Below the pieces are notes generated by a model that was not told the DNA's origin, made no database searches, and was given only the letters and a program-made list of their open reading frames with translations. A program made the translations under genes and the position numbers. 64,000 nt of DNA from a virus. Where the stretch lies: positions 1 through 64,000 of IMG/VR virus record IMGVR_UViG_3300020732_000008; one strand, given 5' to 3'. Below, one piece after another: positions 54,412 to 64,000 of this stretch (its first letter is position 1; every line of letters begins with the position of its first letter).

Positions 54412-56007
54412 TTACCTCACGTAGATTTCTACTCGTGCTGAACGGTTAATACCTGTGTATGTCTGGCAGCAGTTGATCTGATCACCGGCTGAGTAGTTAC
54501 CGAATGAGCTATCCATACCAATACCGCCACCAACGTCATCGGATCCTGGAGCACCACCACTTGCTAGAGTAGCTGGGCTAGTATACGGCCCCTCACTGTT
54601 CTCATTCCAGATAAAGCCCCAACGAATACGGTCGTATGTTGGATAAGAAGAGTTGTAATAGTTTTGACCGTTAAATCCATAAAAGTGAATGTCAGCTTGA
54701 GTAGAGAATATGCCCTGTGTTTGACCAGTTCCTGGAAATGTCAATGCATCTTGAACAAAGTATCCACCGTAGTTATACGGACTGCGACTAACGTAGCTTC
54801 CTATGCTTCCACCATTAGTTGGATCAAAAGAGCTAAACATATTTAATGGAGATATTCTTGTACCGGCATAGAAGTTCTTTTGTTCCCAAGTCCAGTTTCC
54901 GTTATATCCACCTGGTAGAGAACCACCAGGTGTAGTGATATCTGGCCAAACTGCAAGCATGTCTTGAGCCTGGAAGTAGTTAAAGACATCGTACTTGGCG
55001 TCCGCATTAGCACGAGTTAAATCCGTAGGGTTAAGGGTATTAGCTGTAGTCCAATAAGAGGCTGAGTAATTAAAGGTGGTTCCACGAGTGGCCTTCATAG
55101 CCATCATCCATCCACCACCGTCAGCTTGTGGATCCATCAAACAGTAGACCTGTTGAGCTTGACCGTTTAGCCAGATCCAGTAAACACCGTTTGTAGTGTA
55201 ACCGTAATCTCGTTGGAGCTGTTGAGCTGAGAACCCTGGGGTTGCAGAAGTCAATCCATCGCCAGCAATGTTGTATCCCTGATACCTAGTGGCTAATGCG
55301 TTGTAGTTCTGTAACACATCTGATGCACTTAGTGCGTAGTTTCCATAGTAGTGAAAGTTTCCAAAATATCCACGGAAGTAACCCTGGTCATCCGCAGCAC
55401 CACTAGAACCAGCACCCATAGATATTGTATTGTTACTACCACTTGATGAGTATGATACGTTGCTCTGAGTAGCGACCAATACTCCATTTATGTAGAGATT
55501 TTGTGTTTGCAGTGCGTAGTTAAAAGTGAGCACTACGTAATACCAGACACCTGCTGTAAAAACTCCGGAGTAAAGTCGGTTTACATACGTTGTGCCTTGC
55601 CACACTTTACCAAAGAACGTTTGTGCAATAGAGGCTACCGGTGGCATTCTCCAGCCACTGGTATTAGACATCATTAAAATATTTCCGCTTTGTGTTTGAG
55701 GCATTACCCAAACTCCCATAGACCAGGAATTTGTTGCACTACCTGAATAAGGTAGGGGCGTGTTTATAGTGATTGCGCCACTTACGCCGTTGGTAAACCA
55801 AGACCCACCTCCCTTAGTGGTCCACGTTGCGCTGCTCTGTGTAGCCGTTGCATTGTATGCAGAGCCACCAGAAGCTAGGTTAATCCAAGAATTAAAAACC
55901 CCGTTATTTCCTGAAGCAGGGGTGGGCCCATCTAGGTGGCAAAGTAAACCAGTTTTAACTAAATGATTTACACCACCTGGAGTAAGAGCTGCGGCACTAA
56001 AGGACAT
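54412..56007 (-). CDS. LamG/ConA-like lectin plus fibrinogen-like domain protein
   Basis: WYYVV.T...LYING, ALS...V.QNYNA; NGVYWI...VYCLMD...GGGW. Confidence 0.8.
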   Translation of the reverse strand: MSFSAAALTPGGVNHLVKTGLLCHLDGPTPASGNNGVFNSWINLASGGSAYNATATQSSATWTTKGGGSWFTNGVSGAITINTPLPYSGSATNSWSMGVWVMPQTQSGNILMMSNTSGWRMPPVASIAQTFFGKVWQGTTYVNRLYSGVFTAGVWYYVVLTFNYALQTQNLYINGVLVATQSNVSYSSSGSNNTISMGAGSSGAADDQGYFRGYFGNFHYYGNYALSASDVLQNYNALATRYQGYNIAGDGLTSATPGFSAQQLQRDYGYTTNGVYWIWLNGQAQQVYCLMDPQADGGGWMMAMKATRGTTFNYSASYWTTANTLNPTDLTRANADAKYDVFNYFQAQDMLAVWPDITTPGGSLPGGYNGNWTWEQKNFYAGTRISPLNMFSSFDPTNGGSIGSYVSRSPYNYGGYFVQDALTFPGTGQTQGIFSTQADIHFYGFNGQNYYNSSYPTYDRIRWGFIWNENSEGPYTSPATLASGGAPGSDDVGGGIGMDSSFGNYSAGDQINCCQTYTGINRSARVEIYVR

Positions 56008-59000
56008 TAGAGAATGTCACCCATTACTACCCAAGTATCAACTGCAACTTTGTGAAGAACTGCTGCGCTGTACTGGGTTCTAGTCTTAGGCTGTGTTGGG
56101 CTAGATCCTGCAGACTGAAGAGTCGTTGTAAGAGGGAACTGAGCAGAGAGGGTTACGGTTCCTGTTCCAGCTTGAACAATAGTCAGGGTTGTACCAACTG
56201 GGTAGGGTGTAGACGAGTTAGTTGGTATGTTTACCTGAGTAGCTGTAGAAGTATTCATGTAAACAAACGCCGAGGAATCGGATAAGACTGGCACGTATTG
56301 ATTAGCCGTCTGAGTATTGACGTTAGTCAAGATAGACTTATTAGATAAGGTCTGAGCAGCAGAAGCTGTCACAGCAACTGTAGTGTCTAGTGTGATCTGA
56401 CCAGTTACAGGGTTAGCAATGATTCCGTTGCCAAAGTCTGTATAGCCAGCAATCTTTTCAAACAAGATAGGTGTTGTACCAAAGACGCCTGTAGACGACA
56501 TCTTACACTGCCAGCTTGTTCCACCATAAGTGTTTCCAAGGTTAACCTGAACAATAGATGCTGCCATCTTTGATGGAGTATCAGCGTCATTGTCTCGAAT
56601 GAGTACAGTCTGTACTCCAGTAGCTCCAGGAGTAATACAAAGCCAGATACCATTTTGAACTGGATTTGTTTGATCCTTAAGAAGTACACGATCATTATAT
56701 TGAACCGTGTATCCATCAACAACGAGTGGGCCCGTAGCGGTTAGTACAAACTGATCAGCGGCTGTAAGTGGGTCGTTTCCATAACCAAAACCACCAACTG
56801 TGTAAACTCCAGGATAGTTAACTGCATTAGATGCAGACTGAACGCTCTGGTGTACTTGGTATTGAACCCATTCTGGGGCAAACTGTCCATAGCCACCGTA
56901 GGACATTAGCAGTTGTCCTGCTTGTCCAGCACCAGGAGACTGTACTACCGCATTAAATGGGATTATATCTGTTCCAATAGTTCCTACAGCATCTGTATAG
57001 GTTGTAAAGGATTGTCCACCGTTATAGTTTCCCTGAAGAACTTGAATAATTGCAGCAGCAAGTTTAGGAAGAGTATCAGAATCGTTATCACGAGCCATGA
57101 TTGTTGAGGTACTAGATGTGCCCAACTGAGTTACTACATAGACTCCGTTTTGACTTTGATCGGCCTGATCTTTTACAAGTACACGGCAGTCATAGATAAG
57201 TGGGAATCCATCAATAGTGGGTACGCCATAAGCGGTGAATGTTAGTGTCTGAACACTTAGAGGATAATCATTTGTGGTGTTTCCTGAAAGATTAGAGGTA
57301 ACACTCAAAGGACCCGTAGTTGCAACAAATACAGGCTCTTTAATATTAAGCTGAACGAATTCAGGTCCACCATTAACGATGTTTCCATAAGACATCAAGA
57401 AGTTACCAGCAGTTGTAGAACCTACGGTTGTTTGCTGTACAGAGCCTGAGGAAGATCCAAATAGAATTTCACCCGGTGTTAAGCCGCCAAGAGCAGGTCC
57501 CGCAGCTCCAGTTGGTCCAGTAGCTCCTGGAGCTCCAGAAGCGCCTGTCGCACCGGTTGCACCGGTCGGTCCCCAGTAACCTGAAGGGGCAAGTTCTGCC
57601 CAAGCGTTAGTTCCACCCATTGAGGTGGTCCAGGTGTACTCAACACCTGTGTTGTCATCAATCCAGTGATCACCAACAGCAGGTGCTGTTGGAGCTGTTA
57701 GAGAGAATGTGTATTTACCAGGGCCGCTTGCACCGGTAGCACCGGTTGCACCGGTAGCTCCAACACCTGTTGGACCTGTAGGACCAACTAAACCGGTTGC
57801 ACCAGTTGGACCAGTAGCACCTACACCAGTAGCACCAGTAGCACCAGTGGAACCCGTTGGGCCTACACCACCTGTAGCACCTACAGGTCCTATAGAGCCT
57901 GTAGGGCCTTGTACTCCAGTAGGGCCAGTAGCACCTGTAGGTCCAACTTGTCCCGTTGCACCGGTAGGTCCAAGGCTTCCAGTAACTGTAAAGTTAATAT
58001 TATCGACACCGATAACAATGCTGTTTAATGTTCCAGAACCTTCTTGGTACTGAATAGCATTAAGACCAGCACGTGTGCTACCGATTTGAACGTAAAGGTA
58101 GTCGCCTGCTTCAACCTGCATTGCAACATGGTTGTCGTAGTCCGAAGCACGAGTAAGGATTGTTGGATTACCCTGTGAATCAGAAAGACGTGTTACTACA
58201 TAGATGCCGTTCTGACGAGCATCAGATTGGGTATTAATAAGAACACGATCAAGAACATTTGGGGTAAATCCGTCAACAATAAATGGGTACATGGTTGCTG
58301 CAGCGATTGTTAATGTAGCACCAACACCAAATCCACCATCAGCACCTTGAGTACCGCCTGTATAGGTAGCAACATATGGCTGAGTAGATTCAAGACGTAC
58401 AGAGTTGTGTGCGTTAGCTTGACCAGCAGGTCCCATTGGACCTGTATCACCCTTAGGGCCTGTAGATCCAGTTGTACCAGCTAAACCTTGCGCACCAGTA
58501 TCACCCTTAGGTCCTGTTGGACCGGTAGCACCCGTTGCACCGGCAACGCCTGCTCCTGTAGCACCTGTCGCACCAGTAGGTCCTGGAACTGTTGAAGCAG
58601 CACCGGTGGCACCTGTAGGTCCAATTAATCCAATTGGTCCTTGAGATCCTGTGGGTCCTGTGGCACCAGTAGATCCAGTTGCGCCCACATTTCCTTGAGC
58701 TCCAGTTGCCCCAGTTGGGCCTTGTAATCCTGTTGCTCCTGTAGAACCCGTAGGTCCAACAGCTCCTGTTTCACCCGTCGCTCCTGTGGCACCTGTTGCT
58801 CCTGTCGCCCCTGATAATCCTGTTGCACCAGTTGGTCCTGCAGAACCAGTTGGTCCAACAATGTTTTGAATGTCATGCCAAGCGCCGCTGTTCCAAATCC
58901 AAAGAGCACCAGCAACTACATATGCGTCGCCATTATTTGCTGTTGGATGTGCAGCGATAAGCTGTGAATAAAAATCATACGCACCAAGTACGTTAATACC

Positions 59001-59594
59001 CTGTCCTTGTGCACCAGTAGCACCGGTAGGACCTACGGGACCTGTCTGTCCTTGAATACCTTGCGCACCAGTAGGACCAGTGTTTCCTGTCGCACCTGTA
59101 GAACCAGTAGCTCCAGTTAAACCGGTTGCTCCTGTCGCTCCAGTTGCGCCCGTGGCACCAGTTGCTCCAGAATTACCGACTGATCCTGTTGGACCAACCG
59201 GACCTGTAACACCCTGAATGCCTTGTGCACCGGTAGCACCGGTTGCACCTGTAGCTCCAACAGAACCTGTTGGACCTTGAGCTCCCGTTGCACCATTAGG
59301 TCCTTGTGGACCTTGTGCTCCGGTTGGACCCTGAACACCTTGTTGACCTGTTGGGCCAGTAGATCCTGTCGGACCTGCATAACCTGGCGCACCAGTAGGA
59401 CCGGTAGCACCGGACGCTCCAGTTGCACCGGTAGGACCTGTTACTGACGCTCCGGTAGCACCAGTAGCACCCGCTGCTCCTGTAGGACCTGTTGGGCCTT
59501 GTGGACCCGTGTATCCACGTGGTCCGGTAGAACCGGCGTTGCTGTTATTGCCGTAGCCGCTTAAATCGGGAAAGTCAAAGTTGTCATTGCTCAC
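56007..59594 (-). CDS. long collagen-like fibre protein
   Basis: Extensive GPT/GAT triplets; three copies of RVL.KDQ....QNG.(Y/W)....R..D.D; C-terminal W...GD domain. Confidence 0.88.
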   Translation of the reverse strand: MSNDNFDFPDLSGYGNNSNAGSTGPRGYTGPQGPTGPTGAAGATGATGASVTGPTGATGASGATGPTGAPGYAGPTGSTGPTGQQGVQGPTGAQGPQGPNGATGAQGPTGSVGATGATGATGAQGIQGVTGPVGPTGSVGNSGATGATGATGATGATGLTGATGSTGATGNTGPTGAQGIQGQTGPVGPTGATGAQGQGINVLGAYDFYSQLIAAHPTANNGDAYVVAGALWIWNSGAWHDIQNIVGPTGSAGPTGATGLSGATGATGATGATGETGAVGPTGSTGATGLQGPTGATGAQGNVGATGSTGATGPTGSQGPIGLIGPTGATGAASTVPGPTGATGATGAGVAGATGATGPTGPKGDTGAQGLAGTTGSTGPKGDTGPMGPAGQANAHNSVRLESTQPYVATYTGGTQGADGGFGVGATLTIAAATMYPFIVDGFTPNVLDRVLINTQSDARQNGIYVVTRLSDSQGNPTILTRASDYDNHVAMQVEAGDYLYVQIGSTRAGLNAIQYQEGSGTLNSIVIGVDNINFTVTGSLGPTGATGQVGPTGATGPTGVQGPTGSIGPVGATGGVGPTGSTGATGATGVGATGPTGATGLVGPTGPTGVGATGATGATGASGPGKYTFSLTAPTAPAVGDHWIDDNTGVEYTWTTSMGGTNAWAELAPSGYWGPTGATGATGASGAPGATGPTGAAGPALGGLTPGEILFGSSSGSVQQTTVGSTTAGNFLMSYGNIVNGGPEFVQLNIKEPVFVATTGPLSVTSNLSGNTTNDYPLSVQTLTFTAYGVPTIDGFPLIYDCRVLVKDQADQSQNGVYVVTQLGTSSTSTIMARDNDSDTLPKLAAAIIQVLQGNYNGGQSFTTYTDAVGTIGTDIIPFNAVVQSPGAGQAGQLLMSYGGYGQFAPEWVQYQVHQSVQSASNAVNYPGVYTVGGFGYGNDPLTAADQFVLTATGPLVVDGYTVQYNDRVLLKDQTNPVQNGIWLCITPGATGVQTVLIRDNDADTPSKMAASIVQVNLGNTYGGTSWQCKMSSTGVFGTTPILFEKIAGYTDFGNGIIANPVTGQITLDTTVAVTASAAQTLSNKSILTNVNTQTANQYVPVLSDSSAFVYMNTSTATQVNIPTNSSTPYPVGTTLTIVQAGTGTVTLSAQFPLTTTLQSAGSSPTQPKTRTQYSAAVLHKVAVDTWVVMGDIL

Positions 59595-60685
59595 TGAGGG
59601 TCTCCATAAGGGATAGATACCTGGTACTTAGTAAATACTTTTCCTTCAAAGTAAGTCTTAGTCTTACCTGATGAATCTTTAAACTGTAAATCCCAATACG
59701 AGGTGTGTGGAAGATCTGCAGTGTCTGCACCCGTTAAGTACATTGTGAGGGTGTCTGTAATTCCGCCATTAGCACCTGATGCAGACTTGCTGAATGTTGG
59801 AGTAGCAAGAATAAGAGGTCCAATGGTGTTGTCTGGAAAATCAGTAAACATGCGGATTTGTGCAAATGGCGTAAAGGTTGAGATATCTGCAGCAAATGTC
59901 CAGCTATGCTCATAGTCATCACCAGAGTAAAGAGATAGATCCAGTTCTTGTACGGGACCAGATGGTGTGGCATCTCCGTAATTTGGCATCTCCAAGTATA
60001 CACGCTGTGGCAATGAGCCATCGTCCACTTCTTGAGGAATATAGATCGGGACATAACGGTTTGTGCGTGGTGCAACACGTCGTAGATCAAATACGGTTAC
60101 AGCATGCATACCAATATCCAAAAGCTGGCATAGCTCTTTGTACTGCTCACGACGCTGGTAGATAATCTCCATAAGTTGGCGATAACGCTGTGAGCGAGGG
60201 ATTGTCACACCGTCTGGTGAGGAGATATCGATATCAAAAGATGCATCTGTAGCAAGGGTATAGAGAGCTTGAATAGAAGCCAACAGAGCAATTGGATACT
60301 CATTTACATGGCTAATGTTCTGGATTGTTGGCTTGACCCCATTAACGGTAGTCATAAACTTACTGTGCTGTTCAAAGGCATCCCAGATGTAATGGTTAAC
60401 TTCAACATCTGTAAAGTATTTGTAAGATAGACCGGAGATAACCACAGTCTGAGTGGATGTAGGTATGTAAGGAAGAACTACAAGTCCTGTTACTTCTTCT
60501 ACTGTGCAATCGTTAGATACCTCAGTACCATTGATGGTTACTGAAAGGCTTTGAGCATTAACTGGGGCTACCGTCAGTTGAAAACGGCTATCGTGCCCAT
60601 TACCAGCAAAGGATTCTGTAAATGAACGGGCAATATCACCAAGCTCTGCTCTAACTCGGTTAGAGAGACTAACTATATTTGCCAC
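59591..60685 (-). CDS. head-tail adaptor / neck protein (putative)
   Basis: RVR.ELGD, F.D.E, DGV.IPRSQRY; C-terminal GD...WDLQ...TY..G domain; follows the capsid genes. Confidence 0.65.
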   Translation of the reverse strand: MANIVSLSNRVRAELGDIARSFTESFAGNGHDSRFQLTVAPVNAQSLSVTINGTEVSNDCTVEEVTGLVVLPYIPTSTQTVVISGLSYKYFTDVEVNHYIWDAFEQHSKFMTTVNGVKPTIQNISHVNEYPIALLASIQALYTLATDASFDIDISSPDGVTIPRSQRYRQLMEIIYQRREQYKELCQLLDIGMHAVTVFDLRRVAPRTNRYVPIYIPQEVDDGSLPQRVYLEMPNYGDATPSGPVQELDLSLYSGDDYEHSWTFAADISTFTPFAQIRMFTDFPDNTIGPLILATPTFSKSASGANGGITDTLTMYLTGADTADLPHTSYWDLQFKDSSGKTKTYFEGKVFTKYQVSIPYGDPQ

Positions 60686-60743
60686 TAATCCTCCAAAGTT
60701 TGATGTTCATATAATCCCAGTATTACATAGGATACGTCTGCAT

Positions 60744-60790
60744 AAAAAAGACCCCACTCCTACAGGAGGGCGTAGTAGGAGTGAGGAACC
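60744..60790 (-). terminator. intrinsic terminator with a CCCTCCT loop
   Basis: CTCACTCCTAC-TACGCCCTCCT-GTAGGAGTGGG, then GTC-TTTTTT. Confidence 0.75.
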
Positions 60791-60801
60791 TGTGTTGCAG
60801 C

Positions 60802-61167
60802 TTAGAGTCGGCTGTCTAGGTAGCCTTTTTCTCGTAGATGCGTTGCTACATTGCTAGGGACTTTATACTTTCCACCAGCTTTGAATGAGTAGTGATTGCC
60901 TACTCCCACTGTTACGAAATCAAGATCTTCGATGACACGAATAACTTCGCTCTCATCGGCAGATGTAACTCCGAGATCTTCAACTTCGTCAATTACTGTT
61001 GCAATTGGTCCCTTAGTGAGATCAAGGGTTTCTGTCGCTAGTTTATGCTGCGCTTCCGCAGTTGCCATAGACATCTGTTCTGCACGCTTCTGAAGTTCTT
61101 CAGCGTTTGACTTTAATAGTTCTTCACGTTGACGTCCTGTGACGTCTGTAACTTTAGCTTTTGCCAC
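60802..61167 (-). CDS. hypothetical head-region protein
   Basis: D.TGR, Y.FKAG..YKVP..VA.HL..KGY; directly after the major capsid gene. Confidence 0.75.
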   Translation of the reverse strand: MAKAKVTDVTGRQREELLKSNAEELQKRAEQMSMATAEAQHKLATETLDLTKGPIATVIDEVEDLGVTSADESEVIRVIEDLDFVTVGVGNHYSFKAGGKYKVPSNVATHLREKGYLDSRL

Positions 61168-61196
61168 GATTATTATTCTCCTTGGGTTGTTAGGGT

Positions 61197-61222
61197 GGGG
61201 GAGGGCTTCAAGGTCCTCCCCC
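61197..61222 (-). other. stem-loop without U-tract after the major capsid gene
   Basis: GGGGGAGGAC-CTTGAA-GCCCTCCCCC; probably an mRNA stabiliser or weak terminator. Confidence 0.55.
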
Positions 61223-61231
61223 GATTACTAT

Positions 61232-62308
61232 TTAGTTGGTTTCTGCAATGATTACAGACTGGTCAGTGATAAGACCAAGACCGTAGATTGCGTACCAAGC
61301 AAGTGCGTGCTCACGACCGAAGTCCAAGATACCACCATCACGAAGCTCAACAGGAAGTGAGATAGCGTGACCAAATGCGTTATCACCAATGAAGATTGCT
61401 GAATAACGATCTGCAGCACCGTTACCGGTTGTGGTTGTAGGAGATGTGTATCCTCCACCAGTTGGGTAAACGATTGATCCTGAAGCTACCGCTGTGTCGG
61501 TTGTGTAACCTGCACCTGCGCCGCCTGGGACCTTCTTGATCTGGGTTGTCTCAATGAAGACTGTGTCGTACAAACGACCGATCTCACCGAGCATGAAGTT
61601 TCCTGGAGCAGCGTACTTTGTGACTTCAATAAATTCTGGATTGTCACGGAGCTTACGGCTCTGGTGTGGGTGAACGAAAGCAACATAGGTCTCACCGAGG
61701 CGAGGAATGTTCTTTGTTGAGAGGGTCTCTACTGCGTCCTTAACGGTTGCAGTTGTAAGAGAGAAGTTACCGGTCATAGATGCACGGGATGATCCCTGTG
61801 TACCGTAGTCGTACCAGTTGTTAACTGTACCGGCAGATGAACGGTCGTAACCGTAGATGACAGAAGATGCTGCCATGAGTGTGTCGCGTGCCTGGCCATC
61901 AAGATAGAGAGCCATGTTACGACCAAGAAGACGTGAAGCAGAAGCCATAACGTCATCGAATGAGGCGTTGAGAAGAAGCTCTGATACTGCGATTGCGTAT
62001 CCGTGCTCTGCAACGGTGATTGAGAACTGCTGTGCAGTCAAAGCGTTAGTTGACATACGGACACCTTCAACAAGAGCTGAAGCGAAACCGAGGTTGTTGT
62101 AACGCATGAAGTTAATCTGGAGACCAGGTGCAACGTTCAATTCTGTCTTCTTAACAGCGAACTGTTCGAAGCGAAGGATTGGCATTGACTGGAAAAGGAT
62201 TTCCTTTGACCAGATTGTCTGAATTGCTTGTGTAAGCTGGCTATTAGCGCCAGAATACGCTGTTGGGGCAGCGGCTAGATTGCCGGTACCTGTTACGGCT
62301 GATGCCAT
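61232..62308 (-). CDS. major capsid protein (N4-gp56 family)
   Basis: L.EG, EHG, HP....LR, GEIG.L....F.ET, DFGR; follows the scaffold gene; AAGGAG RBS. Confidence 0.92.
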   Translation of the reverse strand: MASAVTGTGNLAAAPTAYSGANSQLTQAIQTIWSKEILFQSMPILRFEQFAVKKTELNVAPGLQINFMRYNNLGFASALVEGVRMSTNALTAQQFSITVAEHGYAIAVSELLLNASFDDVMASASRLLGRNMALYLDGQARDTLMAASSVIYGYDRSSAGTVNNWYDYGTQGSSRASMTGNFSLTTATVKDAVETLSTKNIPRLGETYVAFVHPHQSRKLRDNPEFIEVTKYAAPGNFMLGEIGRLYDTVFIETTQIKKVPGGAGAGYTTDTAVASGSIVYPTGGGYTSPTTTTGNGAADRYSAIFIGDNAFGHAISLPVELRDGGILDFGREHALAWYAIYGLGLITDQSVIIAETN

Positions 62309-62358
62309 GTCGGTATTACTCCTTAGTTAGTTAATTAATTAACGGTGGATCAAACTAC

Positions 62359-63135
62359 TTATCCGAATATTCCCTTGTTACCGTTATTGACGTTAGGTAG
62401 TAGTCGTGAACGATACTTTGCGTACTCGGTAACCGACATTGCAGCGATATTTTCTGCAGTGAACTGTTGTTGATCCGAATTGGTGTCGAGGGGTCCGGAG
62501 GCAGGAGCTGTAAGGCTCGTGCCCTTCATTTCTCTACGGGCAGACTGTAAGGACTGCTGCGTATTTGCAAGGATACTGGATGTACGTTCCTTAAGTCCTG
62601 CAATGCTTGATTCAATCTCATCAGGAGTATTTCCTGCGATCAAGTCAACCAATTCAGGAAGAATGTTTTCTCTCTCTTGGGAGACGCGAGCTGAACGATA
62701 CTCTTGGAGTTCAGCATATTGACGTTCCTTATTTAAAAGGGTCAAGGACTGCTCACGAGCGGTTCGTTCTTGCTCTAGCTTGTCTGCCCATTCTTTTTCT
62801 TTTGATTCAAGAAGTTGACGAAGATCCATCTCCGACTCAGCCTTCTTACGGGCTTCATCTTCTGCAGCTTGGCGAGCACGCTCGACTTCTGCTAGACGCT
62901 CTTCACGTTCCTTCTTTAGGGTCGCTACTTCATCCTTTAGCGATCCAATAGTTTCGTAAACTTTATTCTTCTCAGTCTCACGTGCTTTACGGACGTCTTC
63001 CTCAGTAAATGTACGAGTTGATTGAGTTGGAGTTGTTGAAACTGGCGTTGTCAATGTTTCTGTATGTGTAGGGACATCTGCTAGAAATGCCTCCTGCGCT
63101 ACAGGGGTATCGACTACGTTAGTTGATTCAGTCAT
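62359..63135 (-). CDS. capsid scaffolding protein
   Basis: FTEEDV..AR..EK.K.Y, long coiled coil, C-terminal I..MS..EYA..R. Confidence 0.85.
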   Translation of the reverse strand: MTESTNVVDTPVAQEAFLADVPTHTETLTTPVSTTPTQSTRTFTEEDVRKARETEKNKVYETIGSLKDEVATLKKEREERLAEVERARQAAEDEARKKAESEMDLRQLLESKEKEWADKLEQERTAREQSLTLLNKERQYAELQEYRSARVSQERENILPELVDLIAGNTPDEIESSIAGLKERTSSILANTQQSLQSARREMKGTSLTAPASGPLDTNSDQQQFTAENIAAMSVTEYAKYRSRLLPNVNNGNKGIFG

Positions 63136-63245
63136 GCTTATTCCTTAGGTTTGAGAGGTCGTTGTCCGAATTAATGCCACGATGACCTGCGGATTAGTTG
63201 AGTAAGTACAGGATTCCAAAAGTAACTACATTTGTCAGCCTATAC

Positions 63246-64000
63246 TTATAATCCCCCACCTGGTGAGTCCTGATCGTCAGGATTCCTGCGTTGGGGAAGC
63301 TTTGTGCCATAGGCTTTTGTGACGAGTTCTTCAGCAAGAGCTTGAACTGTTTGTGCCTCGAATGGCGTAACAACTCCGGCCTGTCCATCTGGACCTGGAC
63401 CAACTCCTGCACCAGCTTCGCCTGTGCCTGGACCTGGTTCAACGTCAGCTGTTGAAGGCTGGAAACCAGTAAGTGATGTAATAGCTGAAACTATCTGAGC
63501 TTCCATAAGCTGCAGTACACCCTTAGCCTTAGAATCCTCAATAAGTTCAATACGAATTTCTTCAAGCTTCTCATCTGGGAAGGCCTCACCAAGAGCACGA
63601 AGAGCACCCTTACGGCTTTCAAGATTAAGCTTCATCATTGCTGAGATCTCGTTCAATAGAACAAGCTTGTCAAGAGGTAGTGGATCTAACCAGTGAACTG
63701 ATGACTGGTAGCTAATTGGATCATTAGGATCAAGTTGCGATAGCTGATCAGGCTTAATTGGACCATTAAATGATGGGTCCCATGTAAAACGCTCTGGCTC
63801 TTTAAATGCGACTGTACGTAGGATCAAGTCGTTAATACGCTTGATTCCTTCTCCATATTGAACTGTCTTTTGGTTATAGCGGTTCATCAATGGCTGGTAC
63901 TGAATAGAAAGTGCAACACCTGAAGTATTAGAAATAGGTTGTACCTGACCAAGAGCGGTCTCAGGAACACCAATCATTTCGTGCATTGAGCGCTTTAGGA
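63246..64000 (-). CDS. portal protein, C-terminal part (5' end outside window)
   Basis: GVPE.ALG....SNTSGVAL, W..PLP.D; the frame stays open upstream of ATG 63986 to the window edge. Confidence 0.85.
   Translation of the reverse strand, partial: LKRSMHEMIGVPETALGQVQPISNTSGVALSIQYQPLMNRYNQKTVQYGEGIKRINDLILRTVAFKEPERFTWDPSFNGPIKPDQLSQLDPNDPISYQSSVHWLDPLPLDKLVLLNEISAMMKLNLESRKGALRALGEAFPDEKLEEIRIELIEDSKAKGVLQLMEAQIVSAITSLTGFQPSTADVEPGPGTGEAGAGVGPGPDGQAGVVTPFEAQTVQALAEELVTKAYGTKLPQRRNPDDQDSPGGGL

Noticed and set aside
53780-59540. Repetitive DNA as an array or satellite
   Set aside because: Explained by Gly-X-Y coding with variable third codon positions.
63150-63195. Structured RNA in the portal-scaffold intergenic region
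   Set aside because: Only a short imperfect AGGTC/GACCT pairing was found, too weak to call without covariation data.
1-64000. Plus-strand ORFs and alternative-frame minus ORFs in the ORF track
   Set aside because: All overlap well-supported minus-strand genes and lack recognisable motifs; treated as shadow ORFs.
1-64000. tRNA/rRNA genes or stop-codon reassignment
   Set aside because: Intergenic gaps are short and no cloverleaf was recognised by eye (a tRNAscan run would confirm). Core genes are intact and use TAA, TAG and TGA as normal stops.

Overview
This window is a 64 kb internal piece of a tailed dsDNA phage genome with a contractile (myovirus-type) tail. The host is very probably an actinobacterium: there are two WhiB genes and actinobacterial-type promoters. 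Every credible gene is on the minus strand and densely packed. In transcription order (high to low coordinates) the layout is: portal (truncated), scaffold, N4-gp56-type major capsid protein and head-tail adaptor; a ~21 kb block of accessory fibre, lectin, collagen and Gly-rich genes that includes a GT2-TPR glycosyltransferase and a Cys-rich fibre cassette; head closure; a run of Lys- and Cys-rich micro-ORFs; the tail and baseplate module; a holin-like gene; then replication and recombination genes (initiator with internal iterons, DnaC-like loader, DnaB, primase, SNF2-like helicase, SSB, PolA, RecA, resolvase, Cas4-like nuclease). The most notable observations are: (1) a fibre-tip protein with 26 cysteines arranged as an exact mirror image, followed by a five-gene putative maturation cassette; (2) a copy of the scaffold C-terminal motif inside an unrelated gene of the non-structural region; (3) a likely +1 frameshift in the tail chaperone; (4) hairpins with anti-Shine-Dalgarno loops, including a possible pseudoknot operator before polA; (5) unannotated metallothionein-like micro-peptides. 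All family assignments come from motif recognition, not database searches.
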